From the NCBI GenBank assembly GCA_009840945.1, contig VXMU01000052.1, positions 6,885-70,884 of the forward strand: a stretch of DNA of 64,000 nt, given 5' to 3'. A model generated the notes under the pieces. The model made no database searches and was not told the origin of the DNA. It worked only from the letters and a program-made list of their open reading frames with translations. The DNA comes from Chloroflexota bacterium. Its GTDB lineage: Bacteria; Chloroflexota; Dehalococcoidia; UBA2979. Position numbers and translations under genes: made by a program. Below, one piece after another: positions 62,581 through 64,000 of the stretch. The stretch's first letter is position 1, and each line of letters starts with the position of its first letter.

Positions 62581-63495
62581 ATGCAGGGGGCTTCGCAGCC
62601 CGCAGACGGGGACGGCCCCTCGCGCGTCGGTGCGTGGGTGCTGGCTGCCCGCCCACCGACGCTCACCGCCGCCGCCGCGCCGGTCGTCGTCGGCACCGCG
62701 GTGGCGCTGCACGCGGGCGAGGCGCAGGCGGGCCCCGCCGCGGCGGCGATGCTCGGCGCGCTCGCCCTCCAGGTGGGGGCGAACCTCGCCAACGATGTCT
62801 CGGACTTCCGCAGGGGCGCGGACACTGCCGACCGCATCGGCCCGCCGCGCGTCACGCAGCTCGGGATCCTGAGCGAGCGGCAGGTCATCGGCGGGCTCGT
62901 CGTCGCCTTCGGGGTCGCGACGCTGGCGGGGCTGTACCTCATCGCCGTCGCCGGCTGGCCGGTGCTCGCCGCCGGGGTCGCCTCGATGCTCGCCGCGCTC
63001 GCCTACACGGGGGGGCCGTGGCCGTTCGGCTACCACGGCCTGGGCGACGTCTTCGTGTTTATCTTCTTCGGCCTCGTGGCGGTGGTCGGCACGTACTACG
63101 TGCAGGCCGAGGCGATCACGGCCGCGGCCGTCGCGGCCGCGGTGCCCGTCGGCTGCACGGTGACCGCGATCCTCATGGTCAACAACATCCGCGACATCGA
63201 GACCGACGAGGCTGCCGGCAAGCGCACGCTCGCCGTGATGATCGGCCGCCAGCCCGCGCGCTGGCTCTTTGTCGCGACGGTGGCCGTCGCGTACCTCAGC
63301 GCCGCCACGCTCGCGCCCATCGACGGCTTCGGGGCGTGGACGCTGCTCTCGTGGCTGAGCATCCCGCTCGCCGTCTCGCCCGTGCGGGCGGTGATGAGCA
63401 GCACCGACGGACCGACGCTCAACTCGGCGCTGCGCGCGACGGCACGCCTGCACCTTGCCCTCGGTGTGCTGCTCGCGATCGGACTCGCAATCTGA
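62581..63495 (+). CDS. menA: 1,4-dihydroxy-2-naphthoate polyprenyltransferase (UbiA family)
   Basis: NDVSDFRRGAD first Asp-rich motif and second motif region NNIRDIETD; about 8 TM helices. Confidence 0.85.
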   Translation: MQGASQPADGDGPSRVGAWVLAARPPTLTAAAAPVVVGTAVALHAGEAQAGPAAAAMLGALALQVGANLANDVSDFRRGADTADRIGPPRVTQLGILSERQVIGGLVVAFGVATLAGLYLIAVAGWPVLAAGVASMLAALAYTGGPWPFGYHGLGDVFVFIFFGLVAVVGTYYVQAEAITAAAVAAAVPVGCTVTAILMVNNIRDIETDEAAGKRTLAVMIGRQPARWLFVATVAVAYLSAATLAPIDGFGAWTLLSWLSIPLAVSPVRAVMSSTDGPTLNSALRATARLHLALGVLLAIGLAI

Positions 63496-63508
63496 CACGA
63501 TCGCCGCG

Positions 63509-64000
63509 ATGTCCCTCGCGCGCCTCCGCTACCGTCCGTTCCGTCTCCCGATGCGCGCACCCATGCAGACCGCACGGGCCGCGATCGCGTACCGCTCCGG
63601 CGTGGTCCTCGAGCTCACCGACGAGGACGGCATGCGCGGGCTCGGCGAAGCCTCGCCGCTCCCCGAGTTCGGCGAGGGTGACGTCGACGACGTCCTCGGG
63701 CTGCTCGAGGAGCACGCCGGCGCCCTCGCCGAGGGCGCCCTCCCGGACGGCGTCGACGGCCCGGGCGCAGCGGCGCTGCGCTGCGCACTGGACGTAGCAC
63801 AGCTCGACCTCGACGGCTGGCAACGCGGCACACGCGTCTCCCAACTCCTGAGCGAGCACCCGCGTACACGCGTCGAGGCGAACGCCGTGCTCGGCGACGG
63901 GCCGCCGGAGCAGATGCTGGCGGAGGCCCTCGAGGCCGTCGAGGCCGGGTTCCGCACGGTGAAGATGAAGGTCGGCGCCAAGGCCCCCGACGAGGACGTA
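63509..64000 (+). CDS. menC: o-succinylbenzoate synthase (enolase superfamily), 3' end beyond the window
   Basis: MSLARLRYRPFRLPMRAP...GFRTVKMKVG. Partial; about 164 codons are visible. Confidence 0.75.
   Translation, partial: MSLARLRYRPFRLPMRAPMQTARAAIAYRSGVVLELTDEDGMRGLGEASPLPEFGEGDVDDVLGLLEEHAGALAEGALPDGVDGPGAAALRCALDVAQLDLDGWQRGTRVSQLLSEHPRTRVEANAVLGDGPPEQMLAEALEAVEAGFRTVKMKVGAKAPDEDV

Overview
This 64 kb window is about 72% GC, gene-dense, and looks like core chromosome rather than an accessory island. Start codons are often GTG, stop and start codons frequently overlap (ATGA, GTGA), and Shine-Dalgarno motifs sit 5-10 nt upstream. The gene content (sufR-sufCBD-sufS-sufU-sufT, a menaquinone operon, a mycobacterial AhpE-like peroxiredoxin) points to Actinomycetota or a related high-GC Gram-positive lineage. 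I cannot confirm the taxon without a database search.

Recognisable content, in order:
- 1-3000: tail of an ECF/Cbi transporter (T component), its ATPase, a cupredoxin-like protein, a YibE/F membrane protein and a HIT hydrolase.
- 3052-3409 and 8842-8915: a tRNA-Trp / tRNA-Leu / tRNA-Cys cluster and a separate tRNA-Gln.
- CoA-thioester metabolism scattered through the window: MmgE/PrpD, a crotonase, two tandem family-III CoA-transferases, three MaoC-like hydratases (one HadAB-like pair) and a split acyl-CoA mutase large subunit.
- 7182-8737: a Gram-negative-type PLP histidine decarboxylase co-oriented with an ACT-domain protein, next to a TPP enzyme and a metallophosphoesterase.
- 15293-18807 and 49567-50409: sulfate activation (sat-cysC) convergent with an SLC13/TrkA-C permease, with a CysQ-like phosphatase further on.
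- 21617-23133: an ECF sigma / anti-sigma pair.
- 24819-28475: a Zur-ZnuACB zinc-uptake locus with His-rich segments.
- 33185-36721: a hemin ABC importer (HmuTUV-like) divergent from an IsdG/MhuD-type heme-degrading monooxygenase.
- 31899-32435: a RelE/ParE toxin-antitoxin pair.
- 41120-47826: the complete SUF Fe-S assembly operon with an embedded Rieske ferredoxin.
- 51802-54911: an operon of a Lon-related AAA+ protease and a HAD-like hydrolase, with an MFS gene 54 nt downstream on the same strand.
- 57518 to the end of the window: the menaquinone operon menF-D-H-B-A-C (menC truncated by the window).

I found no transposase, integrase, CRISPR array or phage genes. The main non-coding signal is a REP/MITE-like hairpin repeat family with two sub-types at three intergenic loci. 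Other candidate regulatory structure: an ECF GGAAC-N17-CGT promoter, a sigma-70 promoter plus inverted repeat upstream of sufR, tandem 21-mers upstream of the SLC13 permease, and palindromes in the Lon/Qor divergent region.

Many long ORFs in the supplied track, on opposite strands or in other frames, are GC-driven artefacts and were not called.
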